Of a DNA stretch of 40,000 nt, positions 8,331-17,827 are shown piece after piece. Both the position numbers and the translations under genes were made by a program. Numbering within the stretch: the first letter of the stretch is position 1; every line of letters begins with the position of its first letter. This DNA is from an uncultured delta proteobacterium (GTDB lineage Bacteria; Desulfobacterota; Binatia; DP-6), in NCBI GenBank assembly GCA_963815115.1, contig CAWFFN010000005.1, forward strand, positions 366,948 to 406,947. The letters are read 5' to 3'. The notes under the pieces are model-generated. The model was not told the origin of the DNA. It worked only from the letters and a program-made list of their open reading frames with translations, and ran no database searches.

Positions 8331-8426
8331 TGGAATGCGCTCCCGACCGTGGAGGCGTGACCGCGTACGGCACGACGTGCCGTCGTCCGGCACGAATCGC
8401 GGGCCCCGCAAAAAATTTGGCGGAAC

Positions 8427-10310
8427 CTAGAGGTCCCAAAAGATGGACGGGGCGGGGCCCGGATCGTAGGCGCAGCAGTGGCCGGTCTTGATCGAAGTCG
8501 CGAGATGGCGGCCGAGGGCCTCGTCGTTGGTGCGGACCTTCGCGATCGCGGCCTTGATGGCCTTCGTCACCATCAGCCGCGCCCGCTCGGCGTGTGACGC
8601 GGCCTTTCGGTCTCGACCGCCGAGGCCGAGCGCGGCGACGATCTGTTCCCGAAGCGACTCGATCTCGGCGCGCAGGCGCGCCGCGCGCAAGGTGTCGTTC
8701 AGTCGAACGGCGTCGGCGAGCTCGTCGCGCATCTCACCGATGCGCCGGCGATACTGCTCGCGAGCCGCGGCATCGATCGACGGTCCGGCGTCTCCGAGGT
8801 CCGCGGCGGTCGCGTCGGAGTCGACCCTCGCACGGCGGCTGCCGGGCGGCGCAGCCGCCTCGGCGAGATCGCGCGCGAGGATCGGGCGACCGGGGTGCGC
8901 CAGGAGGTGCGCGATGTAGCGAAGCCCCTTGGCGTCCTTCAACCTGATCACGTTGGCCCGCCACGACACCGTCCAGTACTCGCCTTCGCGCCGAAACGTC
9001 GCCTCGGCGTCCGCCGATCCGGCTCCGCCGCTCGCGGTCGCGCTGCGGGCGCCGTCGATCTCGACGCCACGTCGTGTCGGCGCGTGTCGGCGATAGACCT
9101 CGATCGCGCTGTCGAGCTTCTCGATCGCCGCGCGGCGCTCGGCGCCGGCTTGCAGCGTTCGGCCCCAACTCTGGAACGTCCGCGCTTCCTGCCACACCAT
9201 GCCGTACCGACGAAAGGTCTCCGCCGCCTTGATGAAGAGAGCTTCGGATTCGCTCCACGATCCCCGCGCCGCGGCGACGACCGCCTCGGCCCGCGCGACG
9301 AGGCCGGCCAGCGCGGCCGCGTCGTCGCCCGCGGCCAGGATCTCGCGGCATCGCTCGAGCTCTGCGATGGCTTCGTCCGGATTTGCGCACTCGCCGTCGG
9401 GCGATTCTCCCGCCATCGGGTGCGCGAAGCCCAGCTCGTCGGCGGCCGCCGGCGCGGCGATCGGTTGGACCGCGTCCGGGCGACGGCGTTGGCCGGTCAC
9501 GAACTCCTCGACCTCGTCGAGCAAGAGGTCGAGCACGTCCCGATCCATGGCCTGAAGCAGGTGATCGTCGCCGGGAAGCTCGACGTACTTGGCGCCCGGA
9601 ATGGTCCGCGCCAGGTATCGTCCGGCCTCGACCGGAACGAGTGCGTCCCCCGCGCGATGCAGGACGAGCGTCGGCACGCGGATCGACGGCAGGAGATCGC
9701 GCACGTCGATCTCGTAGTTCGCCCGGACGAGCGCGAGGATCCCGTTCGGACTCGCCACCGCACGCTCGAGCCGACCGAACCACTCGACGAACGCCTTGTC
9801 TCCGAGGCGCTGCGGGGCGTTCAGGCGCACGAGGATGCCTTGCCCCCAGTACGTCTCGAGCGCCACGAGAAATCGCTGCATCAGCTCGCGGCTCACCGTC
9901 CATGGCGGGGCCTGCATGGAGGCGTACGTGCCGTACAGGATGAGACCCGACAGCCGCTCCGGATGCTTGGCCGCGAGCGTGAGACACATCTGCCCGCCTT
10001 CGGACCAGCCGTAGACGGTCGCGCGACGCGACCCCGTTGCATCCATGACCGCCAGGATGTCGCCGACACGCTCGTCGAGCGTCTGCTCGGCGACTCGATC
10101 GGACAAGCCCTGTCCGCGCTTGTCGAAGACGATCACTCGCGCGAACGAGGCGAGCCGCTTGAGCATGTAGGCGTTGATGGGAAGCTCCCAAAAGAGCTCC
10201 ACGTGCGACACCGTTCCCGGTACGAGGACGACGTCGCACGGGCCGTCTCCGAAAACCCGGTACGCGATGTGGACGTCGCCACTCTTGGCGTACTTCGTGC
10301 CGGCTTCCAT
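8427..10310 (-). CDS. Alpha/beta-hydrolase domain fused to a helical, regulator-associated C-terminal region
   Basis: N-terminus: KYAKSGDVHIAYRVFGDGP, nucleophile elbow GWSEGG, and LVLHRAGDALVP..GDDHL. C-terminus: FRREGEYWTVSWRANVIRLKDAKGLRYIAHLLAHPGRPILARDL. I prefer ATG 10310; the track's TTG at 10364 adds 18 Arg-rich residues. Confidence 0.8.
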   Translation of the reverse strand: MEAGTKYAKSGDVHIAYRVFGDGPCDVVLVPGTVSHVELFWELPINAYMLKRLASFARVIVFDKRGQGLSDRVAEQTLDERVGDILAVMDATGSRRATVYGWSEGGQMCLTLAAKHPERLSGLILYGTYASMQAPPWTVSRELMQRFLVALETYWGQGILVRLNAPQRLGDKAFVEWFGRLERAVASPNGILALVRANYEIDVRDLLPSIRVPTLVLHRAGDALVPVEAGRYLARTIPGAKYVELPGDDHLLQAMDRDVLDLLLDEVEEFVTGQRRRPDAVQPIAAPAAADELGFAHPMAGESPDGECANPDEAIAELERCREILAAGDDAAALAGLVARAEAVVAAARGSWSESEALFIKAAETFRRYGMVWQEARTFQSWGRTLQAGAERRAAIEKLDSAIEVYRRHAPTRRGVEIDGARSATASGGAGSADAEATFRREGEYWTVSWRANVIRLKDAKGLRYIAHLLAHPGRPILARDLAEAAAPPGSRRARVDSDATAADLGDAGPSIDAAAREQYRRRIGEMRDELADAVRLNDTLRAARLRAEIESLREQIVAALGLGGRDRKAASHAERARLMVTKAIKAAIAKVRTNDEALGRHLATSIKTGHCCAYDPGPAPSIFWDL

Positions 10311-10680
10311 TACCGACGCTCTGCCTCTCGCTGCACGCTGCCGCGTGGAGCGGTGCGCTGTCAATGGATGGCGTCGAGGCGGTCCTGGGCGATGGGCGGC
10401 CGCAAAAGCGGCGCTTCCAGAAGGCGTTCCGCCCTGGCGTGCAGAGCAGCGGTTCCATTCTCAGGACGAAGCTCCCCTCGAAGGCGAAGACCGGGACAAC
10501 GCCGACTTCGGAGGGTTGCCAGCGGCGCCGGGGAGGACCGAGGTTCAGGCGTTTCGACCTCGTGCGGGAGCTTCCACTCAGAGGCGACGCTGCACGTGTA
10601 CGTGGCGGCGCTGCGGTTCTCCACCGGTGACGTTGGAGCGGCGGACGTGATGTGTCAGGTTCCGGCGCCGCGGACGATCC

Positions 10681-12234
10681 TCAGGTCGCGAGTGCGGGGT
10701 CCAGGGCGTGCCGGCCCGCCGCCCACGGGCTCTCGGCCGCGCCGAGCTCTGGATCCCACATGTCGAGCTTCTGCATGACGGACACGATGTGCTTGTACGT
10801 CACCAGGGCGGAGAACACGGCGTTCAGTCCCGACGGCTTTTCCTTCCACCGGCGCAGGACCCGGAGCGGGATGCGTCGGAACTCCGGTCCCATCGACCCG
10901 AACGCCCGCAGCAGGTGCGTGTAGAACTCGGCGCCGTCGTCCTCGCCGAGCCCGTACACGACCCGACCGGAGTCGGGCCACACCTCGCAGAGCCCCAGCA
11001 CACGCTGGCCGAAATGGGCCGGGTGGTACAGGCGATTGAGCAGCCAGCGCGTGCCGTGGCGTAGCTGGTCGGCGGTCATCAGCTTGGGCACGATGTTGGT
11101 CCCGGAATAGTGGTCGAAGTCGGGACGATCGACGAGCCGACCGTCCGCCCGGAGGCGCGCCTCGAGCGGAGTCCCCGCGGGCGCGTTCAGCATCCCGGTG
11201 CTGCAGATCGGCACGTTGGCGGCCTGCAGGAACTCGAACTGCTCGCGAAACGCGTCGGTGGTGTCGTGGTCGAAGCCGACGATCATCCCCGCCTGGACGC
11301 AGACGCCCCGGGCCTGCAGCTCGTGGATGCTCTCGAGCAGGTCGCGGGCGAGGTTCTGCCGCTTCTTGGCCTCCGCGAGCGCCGCCTTGTTGGGCGACTC
11401 GATGCCGACGAACGCCACGTTCAGGCCCGCCGCGGCGCACAGGTCCACGACCTCGGGATCGCGCACGATGTCGATCGAGAGCTGGGTCGAGAAGATCACC
11501 GGCTCCGCGCGGTCCCCGTTCCAGTCGCGGAGCGCGGTGAGGATCTCCGTCGCCTTCTTGCGGTTGACGGTGAAGTTGTCGTCCGAGAGGAAGATGGAGC
11601 GATACCCGTAGCCGTACAGCGTGTCCGCCTCGGCGAGGATCTGCTCGACCGCCTTGTGGCGGATGCGGCGGCCGAGATACACGATGACGTCGCAGAACTC
11701 GCACTCGAACGGGCATCCGCGGCTCGTCTGGATGACGCCGATCGTGTAGCGGTCGTTGCGCAGGAGATCCATGCGCGGCGGGGGCGAGAGGGCGAAGTCG
11801 ATCTTCTCGGGCTGGGCGTAGTGGTCGCGGTGCCGCCCGGCCCGGAAGTCGTCGAGGAACGCCGGCCAGGTGAGCTCGGCCTCGCCGGTGAAGAGGATGT
11901 CGCAGTAGGGGCGGCAGCGCTCCGGGCTCAGCGAGGCGAACGGACCGCCGATCGCGACCAGCCGCCCGCGCTCGCGGAACATCCGCGCGAGCTCGACCAT
12001 GCGCCGGCTCTGGCTGACGTAGCCGGTGATCCCGACCAGGTCGCACGGCAAGTCCAGGTCCACGGCCTCGACCGTCTCGTCACAGATCACCACCTCGACG
12101 TCCTTCGGCGTCAGCGCCGCCAGCGTCGGCGGCGCGAGGTTCGGGATGTATCCCGGCTTGCCGGTGATGTCGGCCGCTTCCGAGAGGCTCCAGAAGCTCG
12201 CCTGCAGCCCGGGATTCACGAGGTAGACGCGCAC
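10681..12234 (-). CDS. B12-binding-domain radical SAM protein (class B), divergent copy rSAM-1
   Basis: 517 aa. N-terminal Rossmann-like B12 domain (MRVYLVNPG..VGITGY), radical SAM motif SRGCPFECEFC (CxxxCxxC), and a long C-terminal helical extension. Confidence 0.9.
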   Translation of the reverse strand: MRVYLVNPGLQASFWSLSEAADITGKPGYIPNLAPPTLAALTPKDVEVVICDETVEAVDLDLPCDLVGITGYVSQSRRMVELARMFRERGRLVAIGGPFASLSPERCRPYCDILFTGEAELTWPAFLDDFRAGRHRDHYAQPEKIDFALSPPPRMDLLRNDRYTIGVIQTSRGCPFECEFCDVIVYLGRRIRHKAVEQILAEADTLYGYGYRSIFLSDDNFTVNRKKATEILTALRDWNGDRAEPVIFSTQLSIDIVRDPEVVDLCAAAGLNVAFVGIESPNKAALAEAKKRQNLARDLLESIHELQARGVCVQAGMIVGFDHDTTDAFREQFEFLQAANVPICSTGMLNAPAGTPLEARLRADGRLVDRPDFDHYSGTNIVPKLMTADQLRHGTRWLLNRLYHPAHFGQRVLGLCEVWPDSGRVVYGLGEDDGAEFYTHLLRAFGSMGPEFRRIPLRVLRRWKEKPSGLNAVFSALVTYKHIVSVMQKLDMWDPELGAAESPWAAGRHALDPALAT

Positions 12235-12246
12235 GGTGCACCTCCG

Positions 12247-12993
12247 TTACATCGCGAGTCCGCCGTCGACGTGCACGACCGCACCCGTCACGTAGCGGGC
12301 GGCGGGGGAGAGCAGAAACGCCGCCACCGGCGCGACGTCCTCGGGCTCGCCGAAGCGCCGCATGGGAATCAGCTCGGTCGCCTGGCGCTCGTACTCCGGC
12401 TTCAGTCCGGCCGTCATGTCCGTCCGGATGAACCCGAGGGCCAGGGCGTTGACGGTGATGTCGAGCCGCCCGACCTCCTTCGCCAGCGCCTTGGTGAAGC
12501 CGATGACGCCCGCCTTCGACGCCGAGTAGTTCGCCTGACCGGGCATGCCGACGATGCCACTCACCGAGGTCACGTTGAGGATGCGGCCGCTCTTGGCCTT
12601 CATCATGGGCGTGATCACGGCGCGACAGAAGTTGAACACCCCGGTCAGGTTGGTGTCGAGCACGTCCTTCCAGTCGTCGGCCTTCATCATCATGAGGAGC
12701 TTGTCCTTCGTGATGCCCGCGTTGTTCACGAGGGCGTGGATCTCCCCCAGCTCGCTGCGGGCGCGCGCGATCATCTCCCGGACGCGCTCGAGATCGGCCG
12801 AATCCACCTGGGCCGCGAGCGATCGGACGCCCAGGGCGTCGAGTTCGCTCGTCAGCGTCTCGGCGAGGTCGGCGCGGCTGCGATAGGAGAACGCCACGCT
12901 GCACCCTTGCCGGGCGAGCTCCAGGGCGATGGCGCGCCCGATGCCCCGCGTCGCTCCCGTCACGACGGCGACTCTGCCCTCGAACGTGCTCAC
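12247..12993 (-). CDS. fabG: 3-oxoacyl-ACP reductase (SDR)
   Basis: The GTG start at 12993 forms a GTGA overlap with the upstream stop. Motifs: TGATRGIGRAIA, NNAG, YSASKAG, and C-terminal VTGAVVHVDGGLAM. Confidence 0.9.
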   Translation of the reverse strand: MSTFEGRVAVVTGATRGIGRAIALELARQGCSVAFSYRSRADLAETLTSELDALGVRSLAAQVDSADLERVREMIARARSELGEIHALVNNAGITKDKLLMMMKADDWKDVLDTNLTGVFNFCRAVITPMMKAKSGRILNVTSVSGIVGMPGQANYSASKAGVIGFTKALAKEVGRLDITVNALALGFIRTDMTAGLKPEYERQATELIPMRRFGEPEDVAPVAAFLLSPAARYVTGAVVHVDGGLAM

Positions 12994-13745
12994 GAGCTGC
13001 CATTCCCCGAGCGCTCCGCGATCTGCTCGCCGACGAGCGCCGCGAAGGCTTCCGTCTCGCGGCGGAGGCCGTCGGCGCCGCCATCGGTCAGGAAGCATTC
13101 CTTGAGCGCTCTCACCGCCGCCGCGGGCTTCGCGGAGAGGTCGCGGGCCATCTCCCCGGCGGTCGCCAGCACGCGGTCTCGCGGCACGAGCCGGTCGACG
13201 AGCCCCCAGGCCAGCGCCGTCTCGGCCCGGATCATCCGTCCGAGGTACAGCATCTCCTTGGCCCGTCCGACGCCGATGAAGCGGGCGAGGCGCTGGGTCG
13301 CCCCGAGGCCCGGAATGATGCCGTGCTTCAGCTCGGGCATGCTGAAGTACGCCACCTCCGAGGCGACCCGGAGGTCGCACACCAGCGCGAGCTCGAGGCC
13401 CCCGCCGATGGCGACGCCGTTGATGGCGGCGATCAGCGGCTTCGGATAGGCCTCGATGCGCGAGTAGATGCGCTGGAACCTTTCGAACAGCGTCATGCGC
13501 TCCTCGTGTCCGAGGCCCGCCATCTCCTCGCCGAAGAGCTGCTGCAGATCGCCGCCGGTGCAGAACGCGTTGCGGATCCCGCCGGTGAGGATGACCGCAG
13601 CGACGGCAGGGTCGTCCTTCCAGGCCTCCAGCGCCGTGACGATCTCGTCCAGCACCTGGCCGTTGATGGCATTGATCGGCGGTCGCATCAGGGTGACGGT
13701 GCCCACCCCGTCCTCGTGCGCGACCGACAGGTGATGAAATCCCAT
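12990..13745 (-). CDS. Enoyl-CoA hydratase/isomerase (crotonase) family protein, ECH-1
   Basis: ATG 13745 (MGFHHLSVAHEDGVGTVTLMRPP). Motifs FCTGGDL and AAINGVAIGGGLELALVCD. The upstream part of ORF 12990..13964 is junk. Confidence 0.9.
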   Translation of the reverse strand: MGFHHLSVAHEDGVGTVTLMRPPINAINGQVLDEIVTALEAWKDDPAVAAVILTGGIRNAFCTGGDLQQLFGEEMAGLGHEERMTLFERFQRIYSRIEAYPKPLIAAINGVAIGGGLELALVCDLRVASEVAYFSMPELKHGIIPGLGATQRLARFIGVGRAKEMLYLGRMIRAETALAWGLVDRLVPRDRVLATAGEMARDLSAKPAAAVRALKECFLTDGGADGLRRETEAFAALVGEQIAERSGNGSS

Positions 13746-13747
13746 GC

Positions 13748-14968
13748 CTATTCGCTCCCCACGACGAGACACGCCGAGCTGGCCTGCGGATCGAGCGATG
13801 GCACCAGGACGGTGCGCACCGCCCGGGCGAGCGGGCCGGACACGAGGGCCAGCGGCCCGATCTCCGGATCGACCTCCGTCGTGTTGATCGTCGGCGGGAT
13901 CGTGCCCGACTCGAGCGCGACGAGCGCGGCAGCGGTCTGCAGCGCGCCCGACGCCCCCATGCATTCGCCCAGCATCGACTTGACCGCCGTCACCGGGACA
14001 TCGGGTCCGAGGAGCCGTCCGATCGCCGCCCCCTCGACGAAGTCGGCCTCGCGGCTCGAGCTGGCGGATGCGCTGACCAGGTCGACGGACCGGGGCGCAA
14101 CGCCGGCACGCTCGAGCGCCAGGCTCATCACGGCTTTCACGGAGTCCGCCGCGCGCCGTCCGCCGGTGAAGAGCGACCCGTAGCCAGCCACGGTTCCCCG
14201 GATGCGCGCGCCTCGTTTGCGGGCCACGTCCCGGTTCTCGAGGACGAAGAGATAGCAGCCCTCACCGAGGACGAACCCTCTCCGCCGCCGGTCGTAGGGC
14301 ACGCTGAGCCCTGCCGCCTCGCCTCGCGCGAGCCGACCCTCGTCGGCTGCGAGCAGGAAGGCATCGAGGGAGAGCTGCTCCATGCCGCCGGCGACCACGC
14401 GGGTCGCCTGTCCCGAGCGGATCATGCCCGCCGCGGTGCCGAGCGCGTCGGCGCTGGACGCGAATCCCGAGGACACCGTGTTGATGCAGGCCTGGAGCCT
14501 GGACCGCACGGCGGCGAAGTTGGTCGCGGAATTGAGCGCCGCGTCGAACCCCTCCATGGGAAGCAGGTCGGCTGGATCATGAGTCAGTATCTTCTGCGTG
14601 TAGTCGGTGGTCTGAGGAAAGTTGCCGTGCGCGGTCCCGACGATGAGCCCGGTCTCGGCCCGCGTCTCCTCGCCGTCCTCCAGCCCGGCGTCCTGGAGCG
14701 CCTGCTGCACCGCGACGGCCAGAAGCCGCGTCCCGCGCATGACGTACTTGATGCCCTTGCCGCCCAGCCGCTCGTCCGCACGCAGGTCGCGCACCTCGGC
14801 GCCCACCCGTACCGGCGACGCCGAGAGGTCGAGCGTCGTCACGGGACCGATCGCCGAGGCGCCACGGCGAAGATTCGCCGAGAACTCCTCCCAGGCGCAA
14901 CCCAGCGGCGAGACGACGCCCACGCCCGTGATGACGACGTGCAGGGATGTCCTCGCCTCGGCGCTCAT
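13748..14968 (-). CDS. Ketosynthase-like protein lacking the catalytic Cys (CLF/KS-beta-like), partner of KS-1
   Basis: The ATG at 14968 forms an ATGA overlap with the KS-1 stop. It has a thiolase fold (VVITGVGVVSPLG...), but SSGFASSADAL aligns to ACSSGNHAL of KS-1 (Cys to Phe), and both catalytic His motifs are absent. Confidence 0.85.
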   Translation of the reverse strand: MSAEARTSLHVVITGVGVVSPLGCAWEEFSANLRRGASAIGPVTTLDLSASPVRVGAEVRDLRADERLGGKGIKYVMRGTRLLAVAVQQALQDAGLEDGEETRAETGLIVGTAHGNFPQTTDYTQKILTHDPADLLPMEGFDAALNSATNFAAVRSRLQACINTVSSGFASSADALGTAAGMIRSGQATRVVAGGMEQLSLDAFLLAADEGRLARGEAAGLSVPYDRRRRGFVLGEGCYLFVLENRDVARKRGARIRGTVAGYGSLFTGGRRAADSVKAVMSLALERAGVAPRSVDLVSASASSSREADFVEGAAIGRLLGPDVPVTAVKSMLGECMGASGALQTAAALVALESGTIPPTINTTEVDPEIGPLALVSGPLARAVRTVLVPSLDPQASSACLVVGSE

Positions 14969-16143
14969 GCCTTCGTGAAGACGACGACGGCGTTGTTGCC
15001 GCCGAAGGCGAACGAGTTGTTCATCACCGCACGGAGCGCGAGCGGGCGTGCGGCGTTCGGGACGCAGTCGACGGGGCAGTCCGGGTCGGGGGTCTGGTAG
15101 TTGATGGTGGGAGGGACGACTCCGTCCCGCAGCGCCAGGCAGCACACCACGGACTCGATGGCGCTGGCCGCTCCCATGGAATGGCCGATCATCGACTTGA
15201 CCGAGCTCACCGGGAGGCGGCCGGCCCGGTCGCCGAACACGGCGCGCAGCGCCACGGCTTCGGCCCGGTCGTTCGCCGGTGTCCCGGTGCCGTGCGCGCT
15301 CACGTAGTCGATGTCGTCGGGCGCCAGCCCGGCGGCGCGGAGCGCGGCGCGCATCGCCCGGATGGCCCCTGCGCCCGACGGATCGGGCGACGTCACGTGG
15401 AAGCCGTCCGCGCTCAGCCCGTACCCCTTCACCTCGGCGTAGGCCGGCGCTCCCCGCTCGGCGGCGTGCTCGCGCGACTCGAGCACGAGCATCCCCGCGC
15501 CCTCGCCGATCATCAGACCGCGGCGGTTCCGGTCGAACGGCTGGCAGTGCTCGGCGGCCAGAGAACGGAGGTTGTGGAAGTACGTGAACTCCGTCTGCGC
15601 GAAGACGTCGACCCCGCCGACGACCATCGCGTCCACCTCGCCTCGCCGGATGAGATCACACCCGGAGGCGAGGGCATGATTCCCGGAGGAGCACGCGTTC
15701 ACGGACAGGAGATGGGGTCCGCCGGTGCCGAGCCGGTCCGCCAGCGCGCCCAGGATGGTGGAGAGGGGATAGGTGCGGGTGACCGCCGGCGTGAAGCCGT
15801 TCGCCTTGGTTGCCGGGTCGGCGCGCAGCGCCGCCTCGAAGGTCTTCAGATCGCCCCCGAGCGTGCCGACGACCACCCCCACACGCTCCGCGCCCGTGCG
15901 GCCCACGTCGAGCCCGGCGTCCCGGACCGCCTCGCTCGCGGCCGTGCCCGCCAGCTCGTGCGGGGTGGTCTCGAGCGCGAGCTCGCGGATGACGTGGCCC
16001 CGGTGCACCTTGTAGGCCGTCGTGTCGAAGTAGGGGATCTCGCCGGCGCCTTCCCGACCGGCGAGCATCGCCTTCCACGCCGCATCGGTACCGACTCCGA
16101 CGGAGGTGACGAGGCCGACGCCGGTGACGACGACTCCTGACAT
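14965..16143 (-). CDS. Beta-ketoacyl-ACP synthase (FabF-like), KS-1
   Basis: 392 aa. Motifs: VVVTGVGLVTSVG, active-site VNACSSG, SAHGTGTPAND, SVKSMIGHSMGAAS, and FAFGGNNAVVVF. Confidence 0.9.
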   Translation of the reverse strand: MSGVVVTGVGLVTSVGVGTDAAWKAMLAGREGAGEIPYFDTTAYKVHRGHVIRELALETTPHELAGTAASEAVRDAGLDVGRTGAERVGVVVGTLGGDLKTFEAALRADPATKANGFTPAVTRTYPLSTILGALADRLGTGGPHLLSVNACSSGNHALASGCDLIRRGEVDAMVVGGVDVFAQTEFTYFHNLRSLAAEHCQPFDRNRRGLMIGEGAGMLVLESREHAAERGAPAYAEVKGYGLSADGFHVTSPDPSGAGAIRAMRAALRAAGLAPDDIDYVSAHGTGTPANDRAEAVALRAVFGDRAGRLPVSSVKSMIGHSMGAASAIESVVCCLALRDGVVPPTINYQTPDPDCPVDCVPNAARPLALRAVMNNSFAFGGNNAVVVFTKA

Positions 16144-16388
16144 CTAGGAGACCGACCCAAGACGGCGTCTCGGGTCGGATCCGGAGGCGAGCGCAGCGCG
16201 CTCGGTAGCACGCACGACCTGCATGTCGCGGCCGGCAACGCCGGCGCGACACTCTCGGCACGCCCGTGTCCGCCTCGTTTGCCGCGCCAGCTTTGCTGGC
16301 CGCGGCATGGCGGTCGCCCATGCCACCATACGTCTCATGTCCACTTTTCCTCTCCGACCCAAGACGCAGTCCTGGGTCGGCCTTCTAG
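16144..16388. repeat. Non-coding spacer bounded by 35-bp inverted repeats (MITE-like), each arm a hairpin
   Basis: 16144-16178 (CTAGGAGACCGACCCAAGACGGCGTCTCGGGTCGG) matches the reverse complement of 16354-16388 at 30 of 35 positions. Both ends terminate in CTAG. No credible ORF lies inside. Confidence 0.4.
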
Positions 16389-17827
16389 GCGGTGGCGTGC
16401 TCCTGCCGGTAGCGCCACAGCGCGCGGTCGTACTCGCCGGAGTCCCGCAGGTCCTTCGCGTTCTGGATGAGGTGCCGGAAGACCAGCTGCCAGTCGAGGT
16501 TCACGCGAAACGCGAAGTACGCCGCCGCCAGGTTGCCCAGCACCTCGCGAGCGCGGGCGAACCGCCGGCGCAGGACCTCCGTGGTGTAGAGGCGCTCGTA
16601 GAGGTGCTCGAGCCCCGCGATGAAGTCGTCCAGCGGCATGCTCTTCAGCAGGTAGAGGAGGTGATGCGCGGTGCCGTACTGCCAGTCCTGCGGGAAGCGG
16701 TTGCGGAACAGCCGCCCCTCGGCCTGCAGGCGCTCGTAGAAGCGCGTTCCCGGGGCCGGGGTCTCGATCCCGCAGGTCATGATGTCGATGTCGTTGTCGA
16801 GGACGAAGTCGGCGACGCGATCGAACACCTCGGGGCTCTCCGTGTCGGTCCCGAAGATCATCGTGCCCCAGACCGCCAGGCCGTGGTGGTGGATGCGCTC
16901 GATGGCGCGTCGATAGTCGCCCCCCGTGGCCTTCAGGTTGAACTTCTTGTTGAGGAGCTGGAGGGTCGCGGCCTCGAGCGACTCGAATCCGATCAGCATC
17001 CCCACGCTGCCGGACTGCGCCATCCAGTGCAGGACCTCGTCGTCCTCGGCGATGTGGATGGACGTGAAGCCGAACCAGTTCTGGCGGATGCCGCGTTCCG
17101 CCATCTGGCGGTACAGCGACACGGTGCGCTCGTGCGACAGCTTGCCGTGGCCGTAGAAGTTCTCGTCGCTCCAGATCATGCCACGATACTGCCCCTTGAA
17201 CTCCTCGAGCTCGTCGAGCAGGTCGTCGACGGGGCGTTCGCGATATTTCCGGCCCTGGAAGAGCGGGATGAAGCAGAACTCGCAGGTGTACGGGCACCCC
17301 GCCGACGCGATCGCCGCCGTGAAACGGTAGCCGTACTTGCGCCGCAGGAACTCCCGGTCGGGTCGGATGTCCCGGAGGATGGACAGATCGTGCAGCCCGC
17401 CGTCGTAGTGCGGCTGGAGCTCCCCGCGCTCGAAGTCCCGCACCAGCCTGGGCCACGCGGTGAACGCCTCTCGCGTGCAGATCGCATCCGCGAAGGGCCG
17501 CGCCTCCTCCGGGTAGGAGGTGGCGTGCCAGCCGCCGATGGCCACCGGGATCCCCTGCGCCCGGCACGCCGTGGCGATCTGGTAGGCGCGCGGCGCCTGG
17601 TGGCTCATCGCGGTGATCCCCACCAGATCCGCGCCGTCGAACGTGATGCCGGTCCCGTCCGCGGCGAGGGCCTGCTCCTTCATCTCGTCGATGATGTCGA
17701 CCTCCCAGCCCGCGGGCGTGAGCGCCTTCAGGTAGGCGAGGCCGAGCGGCATCTGCGTCAGGACCGAGACGTTCTCCTCGCCGACGTTGCCCGGCGGATG
17801 CGGGCTGATGAGCACCAGGCGCTTCAT
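16385..17827 (-). CDS. B12-binding-domain radical SAM protein, tandem paralogue rSAM-2
   Basis: ATG 17827 (MKRLVLISPHPPGNVGEENVSVLTQMPLGLAY) overlaps the upstream stop by 1 nt (TGATG). Motifs GCPYTCEFC, ENFYGHG and NWFGFTS. The track ORF 16385..19246 is an off-frame extension. Confidence 0.9.
   Translation of the reverse strand: MKRLVLISPHPPGNVGEENVSVLTQMPLGLAYLKALTPAGWEVDIIDEMKEQALAADGTGITFDGADLVGITAMSHQAPRAYQIATACRAQGIPVAIGGWHATSYPEEARPFADAICTREAFTAWPRLVRDFERGELQPHYDGGLHDLSILRDIRPDREFLRRKYGYRFTAAIASAGCPYTCEFCFIPLFQGRKYRERPVDDLLDELEEFKGQYRGMIWSDENFYGHGKLSHERTVSLYRQMAERGIRQNWFGFTSIHIAEDDEVLHWMAQSGSVGMLIGFESLEAATLQLLNKKFNLKATGGDYRRAIERIHHHGLAVWGTMIFGTDTESPEVFDRVADFVLDNDIDIMTCGIETPAPGTRFYERLQAEGRLFRNRFPQDWQYGTAHHLLYLLKSMPLDDFIAGLEHLYERLYTTEVLRRRFARAREVLGNLAAAYFAFRVNLDWQLVFRHLIQNAKDLRDSGEYDRALWRYRQEHATA

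Noticed and set aside
8734-10778. Overlapping long ORFs (574 aa minus, 627 aa plus) around the alpha/beta-hydrolase gene
   Set aside because: They are off-frame or antisense relative to the 8427..10310 frame, which carries the GWSEGG hydrolase motifs. Their composition is junk-like.
11110-13449. 779-aa plus-strand ORF. Similar long plus-strand ORFs occur at 14947-16140, 16223-17869, 19383-20978, 23711-24943, 26549-27862, 27961-29589, 29586-31472 and 32521-34506.
   Set aside because: All lie antisense to minus-strand genes that have unmistakable enzyme motifs (rSAM, FabG, KS, ACP and others). Their translations are Arg/Gly/Asp/Glu-rich with no motifs, which is the typical high-GC stop-codon-free shadow.
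16304-16325. Sigma-54-like TGGCAT on the minus strand inside the spacer
   Set aside because: The required -12 TTGC element is absent at the correct spacing (TGGCAT-GGGCG-ACCGC). The sequence is better described as a 7-bp inverted repeat, GGCATGG/CCATGCC.
16152-16380. The two GC-rich hairpins read as rho-independent terminators
   Set aside because: Neither hairpin is followed by a T-run on the transcribed (minus) strand; the sequence after hairpin 2 is GGAGAGGAAAAGTGG. The inverted-repeat, MITE-like interpretation explains both arms and the CTAG ends better.
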